Assembly: GCA_964468125.1 (NCBI GenBank) | Contig: CAYXVF010000020.1 | Span: 2,468 to 66,467 of the forward strand | Direction: 5' to 3' | Length of the DNA stretch: 64,000 bases | DNA from: an uncultured Bdellovibrionales bacterium | GTDB taxonomy: Bacteria > Myxococcota > XYA12-FULL-58-9 > CAYXVF01 | Shown here: positions 31,829 to 40,844 of the stretch, one piece after another | Numbering within the stretch: the first letter of the stretch is position 1 | Layout: each line of letters opens with the position of its first letter | The notes under the pieces: generated by a model | The model's input: the letters and a program-made list of their open reading frames with translations, nothing else | What the model was told of the DNA's origin: nothing | Databases searched by the model: none | Program-made: the position numbers and the translations under genes

Positions 31829-32802
31829 TGCTTGTCCTCGAGGTGTCGCTCGAGGTCCATGGTACGAAGCTTGGAACGGAGTCTCTGAGCGAGCACGAAC
31901 GCCGGCGTCGCCGGGTCAGGGGTGGCTAACCAGCTGTCTCCCGAGAGATCCACCGTCGACGAAGTACCATCGAGGTATTCGAACGTGACACTGGCCTGTG
32001 CGGAAACATTGTAGGCCAACGTTCCTTCCTGGAGTTTGATACCGGGGCCTATGTTGGCTGGGCGTTTTGTGGACCTTTGGATTTGAACGTCGCCGCTGAG
32101 CCGAATCGCGATATCCGGAGGACGTTTCTTCTTGCGATCTGCGTCGGAGAGCATTTCGAGCCCGACGCGGGTTAGCTCCTTCTCAATGACGTCCTCCAGC
32201 GACCGTCCGTCTTCGGTGCTCAAGTTCGGAACATCAATGTACACTGTGACAGCCGGGCGGTGTACCAGATGCCTTTGCTTGATAGAACGCACCGCGTTGC
32301 GGGCGCACTCTAAGTCAGGGTCCCTGGCATAGCTGTCAGCCTCGTGGGTAACGACTTCCTCGACAGTGTATGGCGCAAAGCCCGTCTCGCGATGAACGCG
32401 GACTTTGAGCTCGGCGGTGTGTTTGGGTAGCCGGGCGGTATTATCGGTTTCGCGCGGCTTCATCACGCTGATCACCTCAACGCTCACAGCCACATCGAAT
32501 TTGCTCATCGCTCGCTTCGACGGCGGCGCGTCGAGACCCTTCTGTCCACGGTAGGTGATGCGACGTTTTCGGTCCTGGGCGAGCAGCTCATCGGCGAGCA
32601 TCGCTTCCACTAGCTCGACGTAGAGGTCGGTGTGGCGATTTTTCTTCACGTCAGGGTCTAGCCCGACCCAAATCAGAGCGGAGCCATTTCTAGAGGGGGC
32701 ACTCGGGTGTGCACGCCTCTTGCGCTTCTTCGCGTCAGCCACGGACGCGGCCAGCACCACGGCGACCAGCAGTGCGACCCGCCACATTGGTTTCGGTATC
32801 AA
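31825..32802 (-). CDS. Hypothetical secreted protein
   Basis: Signal peptide MWRVALLVAVVLAASVADA; RBS-like GGGGG upstream of the TTG start. Confidence 0.65.
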   Translation of the reverse strand: MIPKPMWRVALLVAVVLAASVADAKKRKRRAHPSAPSRNGSALIWVGLDPDVKKNRHTDLYVELVEAMLADELLAQDRKRRITYRGQKGLDAPPSKRAMSKFDVAVSVEVISVMKPRETDNTARLPKHTAELKVRVHRETGFAPYTVEEVVTHEADSYARDPDLECARNAVRSIKQRHLVHRPAVTVYIDVPNLSTEDGRSLEDVIEKELTRVGLEMLSDADRKKKRPPDIAIRLSGDVQIQRSTKRPANIGPGIKLQEGTLAYNVSAQASVTFEYLDGTSSTVDLSGDSWLATPDPATPAFVLAQRLRSKLRTMDLERHLEDKQ

Positions 32803-33122
32803 CGTGCCCCCCTTACGGTGTCATGCCCGAAGTCGACATACCCCCGACGAGCATCACCCGCGCCGTATTCACTCTCTCCCTCCCTTGAAGCCTTGGGCCG
32901 GCTGTTAGCTCTGCTACGGCCACTTTACGGGTTTGAGGGAGACGCGCTTTTCCCAGCTCGAGTGAGTCGGCGGAGGCTGCTCCAGCCGCAAAGTTGCGCC
33001 CTCGTGGCCGTGACCGGATCGCGCCTGAAGCGCCGCGTGCGCACGACCCGTGCCGAGCGAGAAGCGATGCGAAAAGAGTCGAAGCAGCTCATGAACAGCT
33101 TCGGCAAGGGCGGCCGACGAAC

Positions 33123-34157
33123 CTAGCTTCCCTGCCCCACCGCCTCGCGCAGGTGCGCAAAGCCGTCGCGTTCGAGGCCTTCGAGGATCGCGAGGTTTAG
33201 CTCTCTCACGAGGGCCGTGCCCGCATAGATGAGCCCGGTGTAGAGCTGAATCAAAGATGCGCCTGCGAGGATCTTCGTGTAGCCCTGCTCCCGCGACACA
33301 ATCCCACCGACACCGACGAGGGGCAGCTTCCCTTTGCTCGCACGGTAGACGTCTCGGAGCACTTCCGTCGAACGCTCGAACAGCGGTCCGCCACTGAGTC
33401 CTCCAGGCTCACCCTTGAGCTCATCCGGTAAGCTGTCCGGTCGCGCGATGGTCGTATTGGTCACGATCAGGGCATCGACGCGTTCCATCGCCAGAGCAGT
33501 GATGTCGGCTAGGTCCTCATCCACCAGATCGGGGGCGATCTTCAGAAAGAGCGGCACCGTCGGGGCGGCCTCGCGGACCGCGTAAAGAATCGCTTCGAGG
33601 GCACCGCGTTCCTGGAGCGCTCGAAGCCCGGGCGTGTTGGGGCTCGAAACGTTGACCACGAGGTAGTCGGCCAACGGACCGAGACGCGCTGCACCGATTC
33701 GATAGTCGGCGACCGCGTCCTCGCTGGTCTTGTTCTTGCCCAGGTTGACCCCAACAACGCCCGCTGAGCGGTCACGCCCCTCCAGGCGACGCGCCGCGGC
33801 TTCGACCCCTTCGTTGTTGAAACCCAAGCGATTGATCGCCGCACGCTGCGACGTGATGCGAAACACCCGGGGCTTCGGGTTGCCGGGTTGTGGCTTCGGC
33901 GTGACGCTCCCGATCTCGACATAGCCAAAACCCTGCGCGAGCATCTGCCGGTACACCCGAGCGTTCTTGTCGAAACCCGCCGCCAGTCCTACGGGATTGG
34001 GGAAACGCAGCCCGGCGACCTCCATTTCGAGGCGCGAGTCCACCACCGGAGTCATGCGGCCCCCAAGACCGCGCTCGAGGGCCCACAGGGTGACGTCGTG
34101 GGCACGTTCCGCGGAGAGGGAGCGGACCAGGGGGCCCGCGATCGCGTAGAGATCCAT
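33123..34157 (-). CDS. pyrD: Quinone-dependent dihydroorotate dehydrogenase
   Basis: GLAAGFDKNA, GNPKPRVFR, INRLGFNN, VNVSSPNTPGLR, KIAPDL and GGLSG motifs. Start set at MDLY. Confidence 0.96.
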   Translation of the reverse strand: MDLYAIAGPLVRSLSAERAHDVTLWALERGLGGRMTPVVDSRLEMEVAGLRFPNPVGLAAGFDKNARVYRQMLAQGFGYVEIGSVTPKPQPGNPKPRVFRITSQRAAINRLGFNNEGVEAAARRLEGRDRSAGVVGVNLGKNKTSEDAVADYRIGAARLGPLADYLVVNVSSPNTPGLRALQERGALEAILYAVREAAPTVPLFLKIAPDLVDEDLADITALAMERVDALIVTNTTIARPDSLPDELKGEPGGLSGGPLFERSTEVLRDVYRASKGKLPLVGVGGIVSREQGYTKILAGASLIQLYTGLIYAGTALVRELNLAILEGLERDGFAHLREAVGQGS

Positions 34158-34236
34158 GCGGCGCTCTCTACCCCAGCGGTCCGACGAGGCAAAGGCGCCG
34201 TGTTGACGCGCCCGGCGCGCCATGGGCGAATGGGTC

Positions 34237-35433
34237 ATGAGTTTTGCACCGGAACCGGCCCTGGAGGAGCTCCTGCTCCAGATCCGTGAATACGTCAATT
34301 CGCGTTTGATCCCGCTCGAGCGCGCGCTCCTCGACAGCGGCACCGACGTCGTCCCCCTCCTCGCCGAGGTTCGAAACGAGGTGAAGTCCAAGGGGCTCTG
34401 GGCGCCCCATTTGCCGAAGGAGCATGGCGGCATGGGCCTGAGCCTGATGCAATTCGCCCGGGTCAGTGAAGAGCTCGGTCGAACGCTCCTCGGCCACCAT
34501 GCGTTCTTTTGCCACGCACCGGATGTTGGAAACATCGAGATTCTGATCGAGCACGGAACGGCCGCCCAGAAGGAGCGCTTTCTCGCGCCGCTCCTGACCG
34601 GAGAGACTCAATCCTGCTTCGCCATGACCGAGCCCGACACCGCAGGCTCGAACCCCCTGCTCCTCGCGACGACGGCGCGGAGAGATGGCGACAACTACGT
34701 CATCAACGGGCACAAGTGGTTCGCCACCGCGGGAGACGGCGCGGCCTTTGCCATCGTGATGGCAGTTACCCAGCCCGACGCGGAGAATCCCTACGCCAAG
34801 ACCTCGATGCTCCTCGTCCCGACAGACACTCAGGGGTACGTGCACGTTCGCAACGTACCTGTGATGGGGGAGGCCCACGGGGGCTACTTCTCACACGCGG
34901 AGCTTCGCTTTGAGGATTGCCGGGTTCCGGCGGAGAATCTGCTGGGTCCAGAGGGCGGCGGCTTCCTGATCGCCCAGCAGCGACTGGGCCCGGGACGGAT
35001 TCATCACTGCATGCGCTGGATCGGGATCTGCGAACGCGCGCTCGAGCTGCTATGCCGGCGCGCGGCCAGCCGCGAGATCGCGCCGGGCAAGCCCTTGGCC
35101 ACGCGGCAGATGGTGCAGCAGTGGATCGCCGAGTCCCGCACGGAGATCGATGCGGCGCGATTGCTGGTGCTCGACACCGCCGAGGCGATCGATCGCGAAG
35201 GAGCCTCCGCGTCGCGCGTGCAGATCTCACAGATCAAGTACTTCGTGGCCGGGGTCTTGGACCGGGTTCTCGATCGCGCGATCCAAACGCACGGCGCCCT
35301 GGGCCTCACGGAAGATACGCCTCTTGCGCATTGGTACCGGCACGAGCGGGCGGCGCGGATCTACGATGGAGCGGACGAGGTGCACAAAGCGGTAGTCGCA
35401 CGCCAGGTGCTCGAGGAGTACGGGAAGCGCTAG
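34237..35433 (+). CDS. Acyl-CoA dehydrogenase
   Basis: APDVGNIE, SCFAMTEP, INGHKWF, RLGPGRIHHCMR and RIYDGADEVH motifs; alternative start at 34222. Confidence 0.94.
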   Translation: MSFAPEPALEELLLQIREYVNSRLIPLERALLDSGTDVVPLLAEVRNEVKSKGLWAPHLPKEHGGMGLSLMQFARVSEELGRTLLGHHAFFCHAPDVGNIEILIEHGTAAQKERFLAPLLTGETQSCFAMTEPDTAGSNPLLLATTARRDGDNYVINGHKWFATAGDGAAFAIVMAVTQPDAENPYAKTSMLLVPTDTQGYVHVRNVPVMGEAHGGYFSHAELRFEDCRVPAENLLGPEGGGFLIAQQRLGPGRIHHCMRWIGICERALELLCRRAASREIAPGKPLATRQMVQQWIAESRTEIDAARLLVLDTAEAIDREGASASRVQISQIKYFVAGVLDRVLDRAIQTHGALGLTEDTPLAHWYRHERAARIYDGADEVHKAVVARQVLEEYGKR

Positions 35434-35442
35434 CCCGCTGGA

Positions 35443-35955
35443 TCAAAACCCTTCGGCGGTCATCGCGAAATCGAACTCCTCCTGCGTGCCAACCTTCCAA
35501 TCGCGGCTCTGGGAGATCGTCTGAAACGGCGCTTTGCTGACCCGCACGGTGACCTCGAAGCGCTCGCCGCTGAGATTCGCGCCGGCGCACCAGGCGAACT
35601 TGCCATTTCCGTCCGTCCGCGTCTCTCCGAGGAGGGCTGCACCCATGAAAAGGCTGACCTTGGCGTTCTTCACCGGCACGACGATGTCGCCGCGCGCCTG
35701 GACTCGCCCGGTGACGCAGCGATTGCTCTTCGCCACCGCTGGAGCAGCCTCCGCGAGGGGAACAGGCTCCGTCGGATCTGGCCGAGGTGCGATCGAAGCT
35801 TTCGGCTTGGGCCGAGAACCGCGAGTCTTCCGTTGCGGCGCTTCGGGCTCCGGCGACTCCTCCACCACCGGCTCCGGCGCTGGTTTCGGAGCATCAACGG
35901 GAGCTGCACAGGCAGACGTGGCGAACGTCGCGAGCAGTAGGAATGAGCCTCGCAT
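35443..35955 (-). CDS. Putative lipoprotein with carboxypeptidase-regulatory-like domain
   Basis: Lipobox-like TSAC; Pro-rich linker; VTGRV...PVKNAKV...TRTDGNGKF. Confidence 0.65.
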   Translation of the reverse strand: MRGSFLLLATFATSACAAPVDAPKPAPEPVVEESPEPEAPQRKTRGSRPKPKASIAPRPDPTEPVPLAEAAPAVAKSNRCVTGRVQARGDIVVPVKNAKVSLFMGAALLGETRTDGNGKFAWCAGANLSGERFEVTVRVSKAPFQTISQSRDWKVGTQEEFDFAMTAEGF

Positions 35956-36087
35956 TTCATGAGTCTGGGTAGGCTCCCGTAAATGCGCAAGTTTTTAGGT
36001 CCAACGGAATCGACGAGGGTGTTGCAGCGTCGTTCCAGAGACGGATTTGACCGCCCCCCCCTCAGCAGATGAGGATGCGAAGCCACG

Positions 36088-37224
36088 ATGTGGATATGGA
36101 CTCTCACCGCGACGCTCTTCGTTCTTGCCACCGAGGCCGAGGCTCCGAAACCGCCGATCGAGCCGAATCGAAAGTGGGAGGTCCTGAGCCGACCTCGCAC
36201 GGACACCCAGCGTCGGGAGGCGCTCCGTATCGCCGCCGAGAGGCTCGGCGATGACACCCTTCTCAAGCTCGCCGGATTCGACGTCACGCCCGAGCTTCTG
36301 CGTACTCTCGCTCAGACGCCGGCAGAAGAGCCCTTGCTCCGCGCCATTCGAGAGAAGACACGTCGCCCGATCGACCTAGACGATTTTCTTCTGTTCTTGG
36401 ATGACGTGCTCGCGATGCCCGAGGATTATCGTTCGAGCGGACTCTGGGTGTCCGGTGGCCGCGCCCGGGCTGAAGGGATCCTCCTGCACCCAGACGACAT
36501 CTACAAGAAGCGCCCCCGCCGCTACGGCACACGGGGCCAGCCGCTCGCTGTGGATAAACCCGCGCGCCCAGACAAGCTCCCGCCTGCGGCGGATGGTGAT
36601 CCCCTCGGGCCGAACTGGAGTGCTCGCTTCGAGAATCCCAGCGACCGGGAAGGCCTCGAGGCGGCTCTGAGCGAAGTCGCGCCCGATTTTCGTGCGCGCG
36701 TTGTGAACCTCCTCGACCAACTCGAAGCACAGGGAGCCGAGGTCTACCTCACGTCCACCGTACGCAAGCGCGAGCGCGGCTACCTGATGTGGGGCGCGTT
36801 CTACCTGAGCCGAAGCCCGAACGATGAGGTCCTCGCGGCGCGCGTGCGAGAGATCACCGCTTTAAACGAGAAGTGGAAGCTCAACATTCCCATTCAGTGG
36901 CAGCACCCCGAAGGACTGGCGGCAACCAAAGAAGCGGCGCGACAAATGAGTGACGCCTATGACGTGGTCTATGCCACCCGACGCGGGGCACAGTTCTCGG
37001 ACCACTACGACGGCGATGCGGTGGACTTCGTTGCCCTCGGCCTGCCGCGCACATTGTCTCTCGAGGCCCCGGACGGCGCGAAGAAGACCTTCAATTTGAG
37101 CGACCCGTCGCAGCCTCGAGACATCAGCCTGACCCCTGGTCTCGTGCGCTGGGTGGAAAGACACTTCGGCTTCAAGAAGCTCCTGAGCGACTACCCGCAC
37201 TGGAACGACGCCGCGAAGAACTGA
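36088..37224 (+). CDS. Secreted protein with M15-like (zinc D,D/L,D-peptidase) motifs
   Basis: Signal peptide; TSTVR, SDHYDGDAVD (SxHxxGxAxD) and C-terminal DYPHW. Confidence 0.65.
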   Translation: MWIWTLTATLFVLATEAEAPKPPIEPNRKWEVLSRPRTDTQRREALRIAAERLGDDTLLKLAGFDVTPELLRTLAQTPAEEPLLRAIREKTRRPIDLDDFLLFLDDVLAMPEDYRSSGLWVSGGRARAEGILLHPDDIYKKRPRRYGTRGQPLAVDKPARPDKLPPAADGDPLGPNWSARFENPSDREGLEAALSEVAPDFRARVVNLLDQLEAQGAEVYLTSTVRKRERGYLMWGAFYLSRSPNDEVLAARVREITALNEKWKLNIPIQWQHPEGLAATKEAARQMSDAYDVVYATRRGAQFSDHYDGDAVDFVALGLPRTLSLEAPDGAKKTFNLSDPSQPRDISLTPGLVRWVERHFGFKKLLSDYPHWNDAAKN

Positions 37225-37237
37225 GCGAAGGACCGCA

Positions 37238-38800
37238 GTGGATACCGGCTACGTCCTGTCCTGGGTAGTGGCGCTGAGCTCCGGTCTCGCGCTGATGCTC
37301 GGTCTTCGTCGGGGCGGGCGGCCGCGTGGATGGGTGGTCGTCCATGGCGGCCTGCTCGCGATTCTCGCGGTCGCCGCGACAGTCTCGGACCTCTCGCTCG
37401 CGGGACTCGTTGCAGGCGCGGTTTGGGTGCCTTCGGTGCTCATTCCCATCCTGCTGGCTCGACAAATTCCGAAGTGGATCGGTGTGCGGCGCTATCGCAT
37501 CGCTTCTTGCGCTGCTCGCGCGGTCGCGCTCCTCCACCCGGCGGACGGCTGGCAGCATCAGCTGACCTCGGTCCGTGTTCTCGCCGCACTCGACAACGGT
37601 CGGCTCGAAGCTGCGGATGCATTGATCCGAGCCCTACCGGAGCACAGCCCGGCCCGGCGCGCGCTGCGTGCCCACTGGTGGCGCGCCTCAGGACGTTACG
37701 AAGAAGCCGCTCAGTGGCTGAATGAAATGCGAAGGCCAGGATCGCGCCTGGAGCCGGCTCTGCTCTCGCTGGAAATACGCGTGGCTGGCGAGCGGGGCGA
37801 TTTCTCTCAGCTGCTTGGAGCGATGAATCGGATCGCCGCGTTGATGGGCCCCGCCCCCGATCGCGCCTCTACCTCGCTCATGCTCGCCGCCTTTGCCGGA
37901 GACACAGCCCTGACGGCTTCGCTCTTGGAAGAGGCTCTGCCTGATCTCCCGGCCGACGCGGCGGCCTTCTGGCGCCTCACCGCGGCGCAACGGGCAGGAG
38001 CGGACACCTCCGAGGCCCTGGCGGTCCTCGAGCATTCAACCCATCCGGTCACCCGCGCCGCGACAGTACGACGCAGGAGAACCCCGCTCGCCCGTCTCGA
38101 TGACACCTCCCGGAGCCTTTGCGCACCGGCACTCAAGCGGATCGCGGAGGAGCTACAGGCGGGGCTCCTGATCCCACCGAGCCGGGCGCGCCCCTGGGCC
38201 ACCTGGGGGATCTGCGCGGTGTTGCTCATCGCTTTCGCCGTAGAGCTCCCAGGCGGCGTAGAAAACCTTGAAAACCTCGCGACCCTCGGCGGGCTTGTTC
38301 TTCCGGTCTCGCTCACGCCGGGCGAAGGGTGGCGCGTGATCACCGGTGGTTTGCTTCACTTCGGATGGCTTCACCTGACACTCAATGTGGTTGCGATTCT
38401 GTTCTTTGGCGCTCGGGTAGAGCGGCGGGTCGGAGCCATCTGGGTCTTGGCGGTCTTCGCCTCGAGCAACATAGGCGCCATGCAGCTGATCGTGAGCACC
38501 ACGACCGCGAGCGCGGAGAACCCGGGCATTCTGATCGGCGCCTCCGGCGGGGTCATGGGGATTCTGGGCGCGGTTCTGGCCGGCGTTTTGTTGCACTATG
38601 TCCGCCACCGCTCGCCGCGAGAACGGCGGGAGCTCTTCGTTCTGGTCGGCATCGTCGCGCTTCAATCCCTCTTCGATGCTGCCACCCCAGAGGTCAGCGG
38701 GCCCGTGCACCTCTTTGGGCTGCTCATCGGACTCGCGCTCACCCTATCGCGCTTTGGGCTCGTAGCTCTCTTCGACACGAGGCCAACACGAGCACGCTGA
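37238..38800 (+). CDS. Rhomboid intramembrane serine protease with N-terminal membrane/helical extension
   Basis: WR, LHFGWLHLTLN, GASGGVMG and VHLFG motifs. Confidence 0.88.
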   Translation: MDTGYVLSWVVALSSGLALMLGLRRGGRPRGWVVVHGGLLAILAVAATVSDLSLAGLVAGAVWVPSVLIPILLARQIPKWIGVRRYRIASCAARAVALLHPADGWQHQLTSVRVLAALDNGRLEAADALIRALPEHSPARRALRAHWWRASGRYEEAAQWLNEMRRPGSRLEPALLSLEIRVAGERGDFSQLLGAMNRIAALMGPAPDRASTSLMLAAFAGDTALTASLLEEALPDLPADAAAFWRLTAAQRAGADTSEALAVLEHSTHPVTRAATVRRRRTPLARLDDTSRSLCAPALKRIAEELQAGLLIPPSRARPWATWGICAVLLIAFAVELPGGVENLENLATLGGLVLPVSLTPGEGWRVITGGLLHFGWLHLTLNVVAILFFGARVERRVGAIWVLAVFASSNIGAMQLIVSTTTASAENPGILIGASGGVMGILGAVLAGVLLHYVRHRSPRERRELFVLVGIVALQSLFDAATPEVSGPVHLFGLLIGLALTLSRFGLVALFDTRPTRAR

Positions 38801-38916
38801 GCAGCAATTCGCGAAAAGATCTCAAGTTCTCTCGCGATGGGCGGGATGCGCCGCGGCCAGCGCCCCTCGTGGTCGCGAACGCGGGCCTCGAGATCCCGGC
38901 GCCCGGCTCGCGCAAA

Positions 38917-38951
38917 TAAAAACGCCCGGGCGAATTCAATCCGCCCGGGCG
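38917..38951 (-). terminator. Rho-independent terminator of the fasciclin gene
   Basis: CGCCCGGGCG stem (38923-38932 / 38942-38951) followed by a U-tract on the minus strand. Confidence 0.75.
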
Positions 38952-38973
38952 CATTCTATCCGATCAGCGAGAC

Positions 38974-39951
38974 TTACTCGGTCGGGGGGAGCAGCACACC
39001 GTCGATGATGTGCACGATGCCGTTGCTGGTGACCACGTCGGTGTACACGACGTTGATCGTGCCATTCAGCACCACACCGTTGCTGGTGTCGATCGCGATG
39101 TCCTGGCCGCTCGCCATCGTCTGCGAGGTAGCCGGCGGCGGGCCGACGATGTCTGCCGCTGCGACCTCGGTCCCGAGCACCGCGTGGTAGAGCACCACCG
39201 CCTCGACATCTTCGTCGGGAAGGATGTCAACGACCGGAGCCACCGCGTTCACAGCGGGGTTGATCGGCGCGAAGAGCGTGAGCGCACCGTCGGCATCCGC
39301 GAGCGCGTCCACGACCGTATTGGCGGTCAGGTCGCCGGCGACACCGGCGATGGCGCTGAAGATCGGGTAGGTGGTGAGAAGCTGGAGGGTGGTTCCCGGA
39401 AACTCAGGTACGAGGGCCTCCGGCAGGAGCACGCCGTCGATCAGGTGCACGACGCCGTTTGTGGCGAGAATGTCGGTGGTGGTCACCTGGATCACTCCGT
39501 TCAACGCTACGACAGTCTCGCTGCCAACGGTGTAGACGTTGATATCGATGCTCGAGCCGCTGAGCGCGGTCCCGACACTCATGCCGTTCATGCCGACGAC
39601 GTCGCTCGCGGTCACCGTGTCACCGGCAATCACGTGGTAGTTCACGACGTCCTCGAGGATCGCGCTCGGGTCTGGAACCAAGGCGAGCAAGGCGGTGAAC
39701 GCGTCGTTGGTAGGCGCGAACACGGTGAACTCACCTTCTGAGCCTAGGAGTTCCGCCTGCGCGGTGCTCAGGCTGTCCACCAAGGTCGAGAGCTCGGGCG
39801 TTGCCGCGGCGATCTCAGCGATGGTCTGGGTCGGCGCGCTGTCGCCGGTGCCATTGTTGTTGTTGTTTTCCGTCTCATCGTCGTCGCCACAGGCTGCGAT
39901 GAACAGGGCGCCGACACAGGCCAGCACGCGAAATGAATTCTTCAGATGCAT
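38974..39951 (-). CDS. Lipoprotein with two fasciclin (FAS1) domains
   Basis: Lipobox IAAC-GDDD; TVFAPTNDAF/TLFAPIN and twice NG[VI]VH[LI]IDGVLLP. Confidence 0.92.
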   Translation of the reverse strand: MHLKNSFRVLACVGALFIAACGDDDETENNNNNGTGDSAPTQTIAEIAAATPELSTLVDSLSTAQAELLGSEGEFTVFAPTNDAFTALLALVPDPSAILEDVVNYHVIAGDTVTASDVVGMNGMSVGTALSGSSIDINVYTVGSETVVALNGVIQVTTTDILATNGVVHLIDGVLLPEALVPEFPGTTLQLLTTYPIFSAIAGVAGDLTANTVVDALADADGALTLFAPINPAVNAVAPVVDILPDEDVEAVVLYHAVLGTEVAAADIVGPPPATSQTMASGQDIAIDTSNGVVLNGTINVVYTDVVTSNGIVHIIDGVLLPPTE

Positions 39952-40200
39952 TGTGGAGTCTCCAAAAACTGCTCGGCGCCTCCGCGCCGTCGTGAGACGA
40001 GCCCCACGCGTCCCCTGCGGTCACCCGCACGAAGAGTCTCGTCGTTTTATCCTTCCCCCATTGGGGGCAGCCGGCCGGTAAACTAAACGGCAAACGCTTC
40101 CTGGCAAGGTGGAACCGACAGTTGAATCGCCGAAAAGCGCTGTTTTTAGGTTCGTTTTCGCGAACCGTGCGATCGACGGGAAGTGCTCGGGTGGGTTTGC

Positions 40201-40581
40201 CTAGGCGGGTGCCCCACCCTGCATATAGGCTGTGCTTGCCTCTGGCGTCGTCAAGCCGGCGCTTTCAAACCACACGCGCACGTCCGGATCTCGGAGCAGA
40301 ATCCCGACCTCGCCCGCGTGCAGGCGCCACTCGAGCCGTGCTGCTATCTCGTGGATCTCTGCGACGAGGCGATGGTACTCGCCGCCGGGCTCGGACTCGA
40401 GCGAGAGGATCACCTCGCCGAGGCGGCGATGCTTGAAGAGACTGCGTCGGACCGCTGCGACGTGGCGCCATACCAGCAGCGCAGCCCGATTCTCCCGCTC
40501 CTGAAACACCTCGAAGTGCCGGTTGCGAGACATCGAGATCCCACGGGCTTCGAGCTCCAGAATGCGCGCCACCGCGCTCAT
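40201..40581 (-). CDS. Hypothetical protein
   Basis: 126-aa ORF with GAGGA upstream; SRNRHF motif; no function recognised. Confidence 0.6.
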   Translation of the reverse strand: MSAVARILELEARGISMSRNRHFEVFQERENRAALLVWRHVAAVRRSLFKHRRLGEVILSLESEPGGEYHRLVAEIHEIAARLEWRLHAGEVGILLRDPDVRVWFESAGLTTPEASTAYMQGGAPA

Positions 40582-40658
40582 CGCTTGCGTCCTCGATGCA
40601 TGGTCTGAAACGATAACGTGAACGGCGGCTCTGTCAAACCGCCCGATGAGGGACCCTC

Positions 40659-40844
40659 ATGACCACGAGGTTTGCGATCGCTCTGCCCAACGGGAAGCCC
40701 GTAACCGCCGACTACCCGACCGCGGCCGAAGCGTGGCGCGAGCTGATCGCGGACCTGCCGACCGACCCGGACGCCGCTCGCACGCTGACGCTGAAATGGG
40801 TCGGCAAGGGGTATCGAGTGATCGATCGCGGTCAGGGGACGTAG
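40659..40844 (+). CDS. Small hypothetical protein (61 aa)
   Basis: GAGGGA upstream of ATG; host-like codon usage. Confidence 0.5.
   Translation: MTTRFAIALPNGKPVTADYPTAAEAWRELIADLPTDPDAARTLTLKWVGKGYRVIDRGQGT

Noticed and set aside
37238-38800. Rhomboid as the sortase for the anchored S8 protease
   Set aside because: The tail is Cys-containing MYXO-CTERM-like rather than GlyGly-CTERM, and there is no linkage evidence
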